Positions 34,480-47,717 of a DNA stretch of 64,000 bases are shown here, piece after piece. The notes beneath the pieces are model-generated. The model was not told the DNA's origin, did not search any database, and worked only from the letters and a program-made list of their open reading frames with translations. The translations under genes and the position numbers were made by a program. Origin of the DNA: an uncultured Actinomycetes bacterium (GTDB taxonomy: Bacteria; Actinomycetota; Thermoleophilia; UBA2241); NCBI GenBank assembly GCA_963767005.1, contig CAVYCN010000012.1, positions 96,001 through 160,000 on the forward strand, in the 5' to 3' direction. The first letter of the stretch is position 1; every line of letters begins with the position of its first letter.

Positions 34480-35205
34480 CTAGAGCCGTCCCGAGATGCC
34501 GTGCCGGCGGATCATCCAGAAGTGCGCCCCCAGGAACACGACGATGATGACGGGCAGGACCAGCACGTGCAGGTCGAAGAAGCGGCCCAGCGTCGCGCCG
34601 GTCACGTTCTCGCCGCCGCGCAGGGTGACGAGCAGGAAGTGGCCGATAAGCGGTGTGGAGCCGGCGATGTCGGTGCCCACCCGGGTCGCCCAGTAAGCCT
34701 TCTGGTCCCAGGGCAGCAGATAGCCGGTGAAGCCGAAGCCCATGGTCACGAGCAGCAGCACGACGCCGCTCAGCCAGTTGAGCTCGCGCGGCCGCTTGTA
34801 GGCGCCCGTGAAGAAGACCCGCAGCATGTGCACGAGGACGAGGACGACCATGGCGGTCGCCGCCCAGCGATGGATGGAGCGCACCCACCAGCCAAACGAC
34901 ACGCCCGTCGAGATGTTCACGACGCTCTGGTAGGCCGCGTCGGGGGTGGGCTGGTAGTAGACGACCAGCATGATGCCGGTCACCGCCAGGATCAGGAAGA
35001 GGATGAAGGCGATGCCGCCGAAGCAGTAGATGTAGTTGGTGGCGTGGATCGGCACGATGCGGTTGAACTGGTCCTCCATGAGCTCCTCGAGGCCCAGCCG
35101 GTTGGCGATCCAGGCGAGCGGCCCGGGCATGCGGCCGTGAGTCGGCGCGCCGGGGGCCGCCGGCGACGCCCCGGTCTCACCTGGCGTGACGCCGGGGGCG
35201 CTCAC
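34480..35205 (-). CDS. petB: Cytochrome b6-like N-terminal subunit
   Basis: YCFGG, HRWAA...HMLRVFFTGAYKRPRELNW, GYLLPWDQKAYW and H-x14-H; ends HGISGRL. Confidence 0.9.
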   Translation of the reverse strand: MSAPGVTPGETGASPAAPGAPTHGRMPGPLAWIANRLGLEELMEDQFNRIVPIHATNYIYCFGGIAFILFLILAVTGIMLVVYYQPTPDAAYQSVVNISTGVSFGWWVRSIHRWAATAMVVLVLVHMLRVFFTGAYKRPRELNWLSGVVLLLVTMGFGFTGYLLPWDQKAYWATRVGTDIAGSTPLIGHFLLVTLRGGENVTGATLGRFFDLHVLVLPVIIVVFLGAHFWMIRRHGISGRL

Positions 35206-35666
35206 GAGAACTGCCCCTTGTACCAGGTCGGGTAGCTCGCCCTGGTGAAGGTGACCTGCCCGACCAGGACCGAGCCGCCGCTCACCTTGGCGCTGTAGAG
35301 CGGCAGCGGCAGAGTGGCGGGACCGTGCACGACGGCGCCGGTCGCCGAGTACTGGCTGCCGTGACACGGACAGCGCAGCCCTGTGCCGCTGGGCGCCACG
35401 ACGCAGCCGAGGTGCGTGCAGATGGCCGAGAAGACGGTGATCGTGCCGCCGGCGTTCCTTACGATGACGGGCCGGCCGGCCACGGTGGCCACCGTGAGCT
35501 GCCCGGCCGGGAACGACGACACCGGACCGAGGTTCACGACCTGACCGATCGCCGCCGTGCTGGCGGTCGGCGGCTTCAGGAACCGCACGATCGGATAGAC
35601 GATGCCGCCCACGGCCACGACGCCGATGGCGCCGATCAGCCACTTCAGGAAGCCGCCCCTCGTCAC
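35202..35666 (-). CDS. petC: Rieske 2Fe-2S protein
   Basis: CTHLGC and CPCHGSQY boxes; N-terminal TRGGFLK plus a TM anchor. Confidence 0.9.
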   Translation of the reverse strand: MTRGGFLKWLIGAIGVVAVGGIVYPIVRFLKPPTASTAAIGQVVNLGPVSSFPAGQLTVATVAGRPVIVRNAGGTITVFSAICTHLGCVVAPSGTGLRCPCHGSQYSATGAVVHGPATLPLPLYSAKVSGGSVLVGQVTFTRASYPTWYKGQFS

Positions 35667-35869
35667 GCCCACCCTCCGCGGTCCGCCGCCGGTACGGCCG
35701 CGACGGGCGACCGCACCACGGCGGCCGCGACACGCAGCCGCAGCTTGAATCGCATTTAGTGTGACGGGGCGCCCGCCTGTCAACGTTTTCCCGCTCTTGA
35801 GAGTGACAAGCTCTGCGCCGGCCGGCGGCGCGGGCGCTCGCCGCCGCGCGGGTGCTATCATCGCCGCCG

Positions 35870-36601
35870 ATGATCGCCTGGTCGGCCAGGAGCCTGACGA
35901 GCGGCCGCGCGAGCGCGTCGCGCGACGATCTCGTCATGCCCTCGTTCTCCACCATCAAGGTGCTGCTGGCCGTGGCGTTCTGGCGGGCCGTCGCCGCCGG
36001 CGAGCTGCGCGAGACGCAGCCGTACGCGTTCCAGCCGTGGCAGTCCGTCGGCGGGTCGGGCGTGCTGCGCGGCTTTCGCCACGCCGCCCGCCTGACCCTG
36101 GCCGACTGCCTGCACCTCGCCCTCGCGGTGAGCGACAACGACGCTACCAACATCGTGCTCGCCTTCGTCGGCGCCGAGCGCGTCAACGCGCTGGCAGCCG
36201 AGCTCAGCCTGGACGGCACGACGCTGCGGCGCCGCATGATGGACACGCAGGCGGTGGCGGCCGGGCGCGACAACCTGACCTGCGCGCGCGACCTCGCCCG
36301 CCTGCTCGAGCTGCTCACGACCGGCGACGAGCGGATCGGCGCCGCGGCCTGCGACCGCGTGCTTGCGTCGCTCGCCCTGCAGGAGCACCGCGACGGCCTG
36401 CCGCGGGGCCTGCCGGCCGGCGTCGCCTACGCCGGCAAGCCAGGCGACGACCTGCCCGCGGGGCGCTACTGTCACGACTGCGGCGTGGTCACGACGCCGG
36501 CCGGCGAGACCCTCGTCATGGCCGTCCTGACCGACGGTGAGGACGGCTACGCCGCCGTCGGGGACGCGGCGCGCCGCCTCTACGACGAGCTGACTGCCTG
36601 A
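35870..36601 (+). CDS. Class A beta-lactamase-like serine hydrolase (no signal peptide)
   Basis: STIK (SxxK), SDN and KPG (KTG-like) motifs; TGnTATCAT -10 element 8 nt before the ATG. Confidence 0.8.
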   Translation: MIAWSARSLTSGRASASRDDLVMPSFSTIKVLLAVAFWRAVAAGELRETQPYAFQPWQSVGGSGVLRGFRHAARLTLADCLHLALAVSDNDATNIVLAFVGAERVNALAAELSLDGTTLRRRMMDTQAVAAGRDNLTCARDLARLLELLTTGDERIGAAACDRVLASLALQEHRDGLPRGLPAGVAYAGKPGDDLPAGRYCHDCGVVTTPAGETLVMAVLTDGEDGYAAVGDAARRLYDELTA

Positions 36602-36646
36602 CGCGACGGCTGCCTGCCGGCAGGCAGCCGGACGGACGGCGTCAGG
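36598..36646. terminator. Hairpin between convergent genes
   Basis: CGGCTGCCTG-CCGG-CAGGCAGCCG inner stem and CCTGACGC/GCGTCAGG outer arms; no U-tract. Confidence 0.45.
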
Positions 36647-36681
36647 TCCGCGGGCGAGCGGAGCCGCGCCCGCGCCGGGCG

Positions 36682-37713
36682 CTAACGCAGACCGACCGGC
36701 TCGACCCCGAGGCCGGGCGCGTCGGGCGCCGTCAGCAGGTCGCCGTCCGGCTCGAGGCCGCGGAACGGGTCGACGGCGAGCAGCAAGAAGCCGTCGAGGT
36801 CGACGTAGTCGGCCAGGCAGGCGAGCTGCAGGCCGGCGGCGACGCCCAGGCTCGACTCGATCATGCAGCCGAGCAACACCCGGCTGGCGCGCTCGCGGCA
36901 AGCGGTCATGAGCGCGGCCGCCGCGGCGATGCCGCCGGCTTTGGCGAGCTTCACGACGAAGCCGTCGTAGAGCTCGACGACCTCGTCGAGCTGGTCGAGG
37001 CCGAGCAGGGCCTCGTCGCCGAAGAGCTGCACGGGCGAGCGCTCGAGCAGCCAGGCCTGACCCTCGCGGTCGGCGGCCGGCAGGGGCTGCTCGACGAGCT
37101 CGGTGTTGAAGCGGCCGAGCGTCTCGAGGGCGCGCGCGGCCCGCTCGCGGTCCCAGCCCTCGTTCGCGTCGTAGCGAAAGCGGCGCTGGGGCAGCTCGCG
37201 GGCGAGACGCGCCGCGACGTCGAGGTCGCCGTCGAACCCGAGCTTCACCTTGAGCGCACCGAAGCCGGTGGCGGCGCGCGCCTGCGCCAGCATCGTCTCG
37301 GGGTCGCCGATCGGGATGGTGAGCGAGGTGCGCACGGCGGCGCGCTCGAGCCCCAGCAGACGCCAGACGGGCTCGCCGATCTGCTTGCCGGCGAGGTCCC
37401 ACGCGGCGGCCGAGAGGGCGTCGCGCAGCGCGGGAAACCCGGGCTGCGCGGCGCAGAACGCCTCGATCGCCGCCACGCCCTCGACGGTCTCGAGCGCGGC
37501 GGCCAGATCGTCGAGCGCGACCTCGTCGTCGGCGCGTGACTCGCCATAGCGTGCATTGGGCGCGCCCTCACCGTAGCCGATCAGGCCACGCTCGTCCGTC
37601 ATCGTGACGCACAGGTTGGCGAACTCGCTGTGGCTCCAGCGCGAGATGCCGAACGGCGTGCTCGTGGCCAGGTCGAGCGGCAGAAGGGCGATCTCAGTCA
37701 TGACGGCAGGCAT
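36682..37713 (-). CDS. Dipeptide epimerase (L-Ala-D/L-Glu epimerase, enolase superfamily)
   Basis: KVKLG, DANEGW, EQP, DE, KLAKAGG, GCMIES and DLDG motifs. Confidence 0.88.
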   Translation of the reverse strand: MPAVMTEIALLPLDLATSTPFGISRWSHSEFANLCVTMTDERGLIGYGEGAPNARYGESRADDEVALDDLAAALETVEGVAAIEAFCAAQPGFPALRDALSAAAWDLAGKQIGEPVWRLLGLERAAVRTSLTIPIGDPETMLAQARAATGFGALKVKLGFDGDLDVAARLARELPQRRFRYDANEGWDRERAARALETLGRFNTELVEQPLPAADREGQAWLLERSPVQLFGDEALLGLDQLDEVVELYDGFVVKLAKAGGIAAAAALMTACRERASRVLLGCMIESSLGVAAGLQLACLADYVDLDGFLLLAVDPFRGLEPDGDLLTAPDAPGLGVEPVGLR

Positions 37714-37781
37714 ATCAACCGGGGGCGGCGGACGTCAAACGCGCGGCGCGGCCGGCGCCGGCTCGGCTTGCCAAAGCCAGG

Positions 37782-38807
<1,026 letters not shown>

Positions 38808-38808
38808 C

Positions 38809-39932
<1,124 letters not shown>

Positions 39933-39936
<4 letters not shown>

Positions 39937-40994
39937 GCGACCGTCTGCCGCCCGACGAGTACGTGCCGGGGATCGACCCGATCGAGCTCGAGCCGGCGCT
40001 CGGCCTCGAGCCCGAGGCCGAGCTTGCGCTCGACGATCAGAGCCCGGCCCGGACGGCCGTCATGGCCGAGACCGAGATCGCGAGCGGCGAGGCGGCCGTC
40101 GAGTGGCTGCCCGAGGCCGAGATCATCGAGACGCGCGGCACCTGGGCCGAGGTCTGGCGCCGCTTCCGCAAGGACAAGTTCGCGGTGGTCGGCCTGGTCG
40201 TCATCATCCTGCTCATCGTGACGGCGGTCTTCGCTCGCTGGATCGCGCCGCACAGTCCGCTCACCCAGTTCGACAGCGGGCTGTCGGCCAAGGGTCAGCC
40301 GCTCGGCCCGAGCCACCACTTCTGGCTGGGCACCGACCTGCTCGGCCGCGACCTGCTCAGCCGGCTCATCTACGGCGCCCGGGTGAGCCTCATCATCGGC
40401 ATCCTGGCCAACGGCTTCGCTCTGCTGCTCGGCGTGATCTTCGGCATCGTGGCGGGCTTCTTCCGCGGCTGGGTCGAGACGCTCGTCATGCGCGTCACCG
40501 ACGTCATGCTGGCCTTCCCGATCTTCCTGCTTGCGATCGCCTTGTCGTCGTCGATCGCCCACCCCGGCATCTGGGTGCTCGTCATCGTGATCGGCATCGT
40601 CTACTGGGCGCCCATGACGCGCGTGATCCACGGTGAGGTGCTGTCGATCCGCGAGAAGGAGTTCATCACCGCGGCGCGCCTCACCGGCTGCACCAACCGG
40701 CGCATCCTCGCCAACCACATCCTGCCGCACCTCGTGGCGCCGATCATCGTCTACACGAGCCTCGGCATCGCCACGACGGTGCTCTTCGAGGCGTCGCTCA
40801 GCTACATCGGCCTGGGCGTGCAGCCGCCGACGCCGTCGTGGGGCCAGATGATCTCCGACGGCCAGCCGTACTACACGAGCGCACCCTGGCTCGTCGTGTT
40901 CCCGGGCCTGTGCATCATGATCACGGTGCTCGCCTTCAACCTGGTCGGCGACGGTCTGCGCGACGCCTTCGACCCACAGCAGCGACGCCGGTGA
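39933..40994 (+). CDS. oppC: Oligopeptide ABC transporter permease
   Basis: [25 protein letters not shown] and [10 protein letters not shown] motifs; ATGA overlap with oppF. Confidence 0.9.
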
Positions 40995-41102
40995 CGGCGC
41001 GACGACACACCCGTGCACACCCGCGGCCGTGGCCGCGACAGGCAGAACGTCCACGTCCGCGGCGGGACGGGCCGCGGGCGCACATCCGATCGAGGGGGGC
41101 CA

Positions 41103-42854
41103 ATGAGCAGTGACAGTGAGTTCCAGCAAGACAGCATGAGCCGCCTCGTGAGCGAGGCCATGGCCGGGCGCCTCACGCGGCGTCAGCTGATCACCCGCGC
41201 CGCGGTGGCCGGCTTGTCGGTCACGGCCATCGGCCAGGTACTGGCGGCCTGCGGCAGCTCGACGAGCGGCGGCGGCTCGTCGCCGGCGGCGGGCAGCTCG
41301 CCCACCCGGGGCGGCACACTCAATGTCTCCTTCGAGGGTGAGCCCACGGGGCTCGACCCGTCGGTCGCCTGGGAGCTCGAGTCGTGGTCGATCCTGCACT
41401 GCGTCTACAACCAGATGCTCACCTACGTCGCCGGTCCCGGCCCGGCCGTGGTGACGACTGACCTCGCGACCGAGGTGCCGAGCGTCGCCAACGGCGGCGT
41501 CACGAACAACGGCAAGACCTGGACCTTCCACCTGCGCCCGGGCGTCATGTTCCACCCGCCGGTGAGCCGCGAGGTCACGGCCGAAGACGTCAAGTGGAGC
41601 ATGGAGCGCATGCTCAACCCGAAGCTCTCGCCACGCGCGCCGGCCGGCTACATGTACACCTCGATCGTCGGGGTCGACGACCTCGCCGCCGGCAAGGCGA
41701 CGCACGCCAAGGGCATCAAGGCGATCGACAAGTACACGGTGCAGATCGACCTCACGCAGCCCGACTACGTGTTCGCCTTCGTCATGGCCCTGCCGTTCAC
41801 CGCCGTACTGCCCAAGGAGTGGGTGGCCAAGTTCTCGTACGCCCAGATCGCCCGTCATCCGCTCGGCACCGGCCCCTTCATCTTCGATCACTGGACCGCC
41901 AACCAGGAGATCGTGATGAAGAAGAACCCCGACTACTTCATCAAGGGGCTGCCGTACGTCGACGAGCTGCACTTCGAGTTCGCGGCGAGCTCGCAGACCG
42001 CTCTCTTGCAGCTCGAGGACGGCAAGATCGACGTGCTGGGCAGCGGCGTTCCGTCGGCGCAGTACGTGCAGACGATGAGCAACCCGACCTGGAAGAGCCA
42101 GATCACGGCCGCCGACATGGTCGCCTGGTACTACATCTTCATGAACGTCACGGTGAAGCCGTTCGACAACCAGCAGGTGCGCCAGGCGATCAACTACGCG
42201 GTCGACACGTCCAAGATCGAGAAGCTGCTCTACGGGCAGGCGCGGCCGCTCAACCAGATCTACCCGGCCGGCATGACCGGCCACGTCGACAACGCGACGT
42301 TCTATTCGTACGACCCCGACAAGGCCAAGAGCCTCCTGTCGCAGGCCGGCTTCCCGAGCGGCTTCTCGGTCACCTTCTATCACCACAACGTCGACCCCAT
42401 GCCGAAGCTCGCCGAGAGCATCCAGAACGATCTGTCGGCGGTCGGCATCAAGGCGTCGCTCAAGCAGCTCGCCGAGTCGCCGTACTGGGCCCTCATCGAG
42501 CACAAGGCCAACAAGGTGCCGATCGGCCTGACCGACTGGTACATGGACTACCCCGACCCGTCCGACTGGTTCGGCCCGTTGTTCAGCAAGTCGTCGGCCA
42601 TGACCGACGGCGGCGCCAACGATAGCTGGTGGTGGGACCAGCAGGCCGAGGATCTCTATGCGAAGGCCCAGACCATGCCGATGGGCGACGCCCGCACCAA
42701 GCTGTTCGAGCAGATCCAGGAGATCGTGATGAAGGGGGCGCCCTGCGTGCCGCTCTACCAGCCGATCTACACGACGATGTCCTCCAAGACCACGGGCGGC
42801 TTCTACACGAGCGTCGCCTGGACCTTCGAGTTCCCGCACTACTGGAAGACGTGA
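41103..42854 (+). CDS. oppA: Oligopeptide ABC transporter substrate-binding Tat lipoprotein
   Basis: TRRQLI Tat motif, LAAC lipobox, GTGPF and VRQAINYAVD motifs. Confidence 0.9.
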   Translation: MSSDSEFQQDSMSRLVSEAMAGRLTRRQLITRAAVAGLSVTAIGQVLAACGSSTSGGGSSPAAGSSPTRGGTLNVSFEGEPTGLDPSVAWELESWSILHCVYNQMLTYVAGPGPAVVTTDLATEVPSVANGGVTNNGKTWTFHLRPGVMFHPPVSREVTAEDVKWSMERMLNPKLSPRAPAGYMYTSIVGVDDLAAGKATHAKGIKAIDKYTVQIDLTQPDYVFAFVMALPFTAVLPKEWVAKFSYAQIARHPLGTGPFIFDHWTANQEIVMKKNPDYFIKGLPYVDELHFEFAASSQTALLQLEDGKIDVLGSGVPSAQYVQTMSNPTWKSQITAADMVAWYYIFMNVTVKPFDNQQVRQAINYAVDTSKIEKLLYGQARPLNQIYPAGMTGHVDNATFYSYDPDKAKSLLSQAGFPSGFSVTFYHHNVDPMPKLAESIQNDLSAVGIKASLKQLAESPYWALIEHKANKVPIGLTDWYMDYPDPSDWFGPLFSKSSAMTDGGANDSWWWDQQAEDLYAKAQTMPMGDARTKLFEQIQEIVMKGAPCVPLYQPIYTTMSSKTTGGFYTSVAWTFEFPHYWKT

Positions 42855-42955
42855 CGACGACGGCGCCACAAGCAGGCGTGCAGGCCGCGCGCGGCGGCGC
42901 GGCGGGCGATGCCCGCCGCGCCGCCGCGCCCCCACAGCGAGCGGAGGCCTAGGGC

Positions 42956-43888
42956 ATGGGCAAGTACATCGTGCGGCGGCTCCTGTGGGCGATCGTCGTC
43001 GTGCTCTGCGTGAGCGCGATCACGTTCTTCATCACCTACGTGATCCCGGCCGACCCGGCCAAGCAGATCGCCGGGCCGCACGCCACGCCGCAGGTGCTCG
43101 CCACGATCCGCCACCAGCTCGGCCTCGACAAGCCGGTGTACTACCAGTACGGCCTTTACCTCTGGCACCTCGCGCACGGCAACCTGGGCTACTCGTACAT
43201 CAACCAGCTGCCGGTCACGCAGTCGATCATGGAGCGGTTCCCGGCGACCGTCATGATCGCCGTCTTCGGGATCCTCTTCGAGCTGCTGATCGGCATCCCG
43301 GTCGGCATGATCAGCGCACTGCGTCAGTACCGGGCCGAGGACCGCGCGGCGACCATCTTCAGCCTGGTCTTCGTATCGATGCCGTCGTTCTTCCTGGGCA
43401 TGCTGCTGCTCTACTTCCTGGCGTTTCGCGTCAACATCTTCCCGAACATGGGGGCCTATCCGGGCGCCCTGCACCCCGCCTACTTCATCCTGCCGGGCCT
43501 CACGCTCGGCCTCACCGGCGCCGCCTGGTACTCGCGCATGCTGCGCTCCAAGATGCTCGACATCCTGAACGCCGAGTACGTCAAGGCGGCGCGTGCCAAG
43601 GGCTTGCCGGAGCGCGTCGTCGTCTGGCGCCACATCATGCGCAACGCCTGGTCGCCGATCATCACCCTGCTCGGCATGGACATCGGCTGGTTCCTGGGCG
43701 GTGTCGTGATCGTCGAGATCGTGTTCGGCGTGCCGGGCATCGGCTGGCAGGCCTGGCAGGCGATCCAGAACCTCGACCACCCGGTGATCATGGGAACGGT
43801 CCAGTTCGCCGCCCTGCTCGTGGTGCTGGCCAACCTGGTGACCGACATCGCCTACACCTGGCTCGACCCGCGGGTGAAGTACAGCTGA
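42956..43888 (+). CDS. oppB: Oligopeptide ABC transporter permease
   Basis: YIVRRL, GLDKP, ARAKGL, HIMRNA and LDPRV motifs. Confidence 0.92.
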   Translation: MGKYIVRRLLWAIVVVLCVSAITFFITYVIPADPAKQIAGPHATPQVLATIRHQLGLDKPVYYQYGLYLWHLAHGNLGYSYINQLPVTQSIMERFPATVMIAVFGILFELLIGIPVGMISALRQYRAEDRAATIFSLVFVSMPSFFLGMLLLYFLAFRVNIFPNMGAYPGALHPAYFILPGLTLGLTGAAWYSRMLRSKMLDILNAEYVKAARAKGLPERVVVWRHIMRNAWSPIITLLGMDIGWFLGGVVIVEIVFGVPGIGWQAWQAIQNLDHPVIMGTVQFAALLVVLANLVTDIAYTWLDPRVKYS

Positions 43889-43900
43889 TGCTGTTGCCCG

Positions 43901-43945
43901 AAAAGGGCCGCGGCCGCGCCTCGTGGGCGCGGCCGCGGCCCTTTT
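43901..43945. terminator. Bidirectional intrinsic terminator
   Basis: AAAAGGGCCGCGGCCGCGCC-TCGTG-GGCGCGGCCGCGGCCCTTTT between convergent genes. Confidence 0.85.
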
Positions 43946-44033
43946 CTCGTCGAACCCCGACCTCTTGCGGCGCGCCTGGGCCGGTGATCGAATTCGTCGT
44001 CACCGCTCAGGCATGCTTGACTTCGTGGGCCGC

Positions 44034-44612
44034 CTAGTACTCCGCCGGGATCTGGAAGAACATGACGACGGCTTGGCGCGCGTCGTCGGGGTTGCGCCAC
44101 GAATGGGGCTCGCTCGGCGCGTAGGCGATGGTGTCGCCCTCCCCGAGGACCGTGACGTGATCGCCCAGACGCACCTCGAGCCGGCCGGCGATCACCGTCG
44201 CCATGACGAGCTCGCCGGGGTGCGACCAGTGCTCGTGACCCGGCGAGCCGCCCGGCTCGATGCGCGTCTCGATGATCTGCGCCCGGCGCTCCGTGCGCGG
44301 CGACAGCACGTAGTTGACCACGCCCTCGCCGCCGAAGTACGTGCCGCGCACGTCGGCACGGCGCACGACGCTACTGCCCTCACGCCCGACGAGCTCGAAC
44401 AGCGACGCCATCGAGATGCCGAGGGCGTCGCAGATGCGGTAGAGCGAGCCGATCGAGGGCGCGGTCTCGCCGCGCTCGACCGCGCTCACGAACGAGCGCG
44501 TCACGCCGGCGGCCGACGCGACCGCCTCGAGCGTGCGGTGACTGCGCTGCCGCGCCTCACGCAGGTGGCGTCCCACGATGCGCACCGGCCATTGGTCTTC
44601 CTTCTCGTCCAT
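44034..44612 (-). CDS. XRE-family HTH-cupin transcriptional regulator, likely leaderless
   Basis: TLEAVASAAGVTRSFVSAVERG HTH plus a cupin domain; TTGACC-17-TACATT promoter ends 6 nt before the ATG. Confidence 0.9.
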   Translation of the reverse strand: MDEKEDQWPVRIVGRHLREARQRSHRTLEAVASAAGVTRSFVSAVERGETAPSIGSLYRICDALGISMASLFELVGREGSSVVRRADVRGTYFGGEGVVNYVLSPRTERRAQIIETRIEPGGSPGHEHWSHPGELVMATVIAGRLEVRLGDHVTVLGEGDTIAYAPSEPHSWRNPDDARQAVVMFFQIPAEY

Positions 44613-44662
44613 GTCGCGAATGTATGCTCGCCGGGCGCGGCGGTCAAAGCGGCGGGCGGCGC

Positions 44663-44950
44663 TCACGCGTCCCCGCCACCCGAGAACCCGAGAGCCAGCA
44701 ACGGCGGCTCGTAGACGACGAGGGCCACGAAGGCGCCCGTGAGCAGGACCGTCGTGGGCAGGACGATGCTGCGGCACCGGGCCAGCCAGAGGACGAGGAG
44801 CGCCACGGTCACGATGCCCAGCTTGCAGGTGACCGTCTCGGCCGAACCGGCCTTGAAGAACGGGCCCGTAAGGCCCGCTCAGGACTCGACGTGCAGCGCG
44901 GCGCACGACCTGCCGATGACGTGTCGCAGAAGAGCCGGCCGTTCTCCCTC
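44663..44950 (-). pseudogene. Possible remnant of a small two-TM membrane protein gene
   Basis: After an in-frame TGA (44879-44881) the frame reads PFFKAGSAETVTCKLGIVTVALLVLWLARCRSIVLPTTVLLTGAFVALVVYEPP with coding-like codon usage but no good start. Confidence 0.35.
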
Positions 44951-44961
44951 GAAGGGGCGCC

Positions 44962-46026
44962 GTGTCACACGTACCAGTGCTGCATGGGTTGCGGGTCTCG
45001 TGTCGCGAAGCGAGCGTACACCTGGGCTGGCAGTGGGCCGGCGGCAGCCCGCCGCAGGTGCGCGTGCTGCGCTCGACGGAGTGCTTCTGCGAATCGCCCG
45101 AAGCGCACACGACCGGCGACTGGGGTCAGCAGCTCTCGTATGAGGGTAACGGGGGCCAGCTGCTCGACGCCGCGGCCGACCCGGCATGCGACCTCTTCTA
45201 CTCGGTCTTCGCCCGCGCGAGCGACCGCGCGCCCTGGCGGCGTCCGGTCCGGATCTGCGCGCGGCGGGTCGGGTACCAGCCGCCCGATCTGGGCGCTCTC
45301 GCCACCGAGGGGACGCAGGCGGCCGCGCGGTACGCCCCCGGGCGCCTCATGGGCGATCGGTACGTCGAGATCTCCGGCGCCGAGGAGGCGCCGCCGGTCG
45401 TGGGCGGCTCGCGCGACTGGCTGATCCTCGTCATGCCGGTCGTCACGATCGCTCTGCTCACGGGCTTTCTGCGCGGCATGGACGTGCGCGTGCTCAGCGC
45501 CGCGGCGCTCGCCATCGCCGCCTGCTGGCGACTCCTCGACGGGCTCCAGCCCGACCTGCGGCGCTTCCTTGCCTACCTGAAGGTCGTCGCGGTGGTCGAC
45601 GGCATGTTCTGGGCGGCGGCGCTGCTGGTCTGGTTCTTCTCGTCGTTCCTGCCGGCGAGCCAAGTCAAGGTCGACGGCTCCGTCCTGCTGTTCTGGCTCT
45701 ATCCGCTCCTGCTGCTGGCCGGCATGGCCGGCGTGTGGCTCCTGATGAGCCGGGCGCTGGACGAGCGCGGCAGACCGACCCGGCCGCTGCCGTATCTCGT
45801 GCTGGCCGGCCTGCTCGGCCTCGCCGCTCTGCTGCCTCCGCTCCCGTGCGCGCTCATCGGCGCTTTCGGCGTCTCCGACTACGTTCGCTCGACGCGGGAG
45901 CTCGGCCGGCAGCGCGCCGCTCACCTCGCCGAGCTGCGCGCCTCACGTCGCCGCGAGGTACACGAGGTCTCCACGGCCTGGCGCCGGCTTGAAGACGACC
46001 CGAGGGGCGACACGGCCGAGCCCTGA
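44962..46026 (+). CDS. Hypothetical membrane protein (beta-rich N-terminal domain plus about 5-6 TMs)
   Basis: GAAGGGG SD; N-terminal VRVLRS...YEG...FYSVFAR pattern; hydrophobic C-terminal half. Confidence 0.7.
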   Translation: MSHVPVLHGLRVSCREASVHLGWQWAGGSPPQVRVLRSTECFCESPEAHTTGDWGQQLSYEGNGGQLLDAAADPACDLFYSVFARASDRAPWRRPVRICARRVGYQPPDLGALATEGTQAAARYAPGRLMGDRYVEISGAEEAPPVVGGSRDWLILVMPVVTIALLTGFLRGMDVRVLSAAALAIAACWRLLDGLQPDLRRFLAYLKVVAVVDGMFWAAALLVWFFSSFLPASQVKVDGSVLLFWLYPLLLLAGMAGVWLLMSRALDERGRPTRPLPYLVLAGLLGLAALLPPLPCALIGAFGVSDYVRSTRELGRQRAAHLAELRASRRREVHEVSTAWRRLEDDPRGDTAEP

Positions 46027-46110
46027 CCCCAGTCGTCGATCACCGCCGGTACCGCCTGACCCCCGGCCCCCTGAACCCCGGTCCCCACGCGTCCGGTGGT
46101 GACTGCGCTC

Positions 46111-47609
<1,499 letters not shown>

Positions 47610-47717
47610 CCGGACGCAGCGACCGGCGCCGTGGCCGAGCGCGGCCAGCGTAGCGCCCGAGCGGCGGCGGCTTATCGTGCGCTTGCCTCGTACCGGCCGC
47701 CACGCCATGCTGATGCC

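Noticed and set aside
35870-36601. Beta-lactam resistance gene
   Set aside because: No signal peptide and no Glu166-type ExxLN motif; the context points to peptide recycling.
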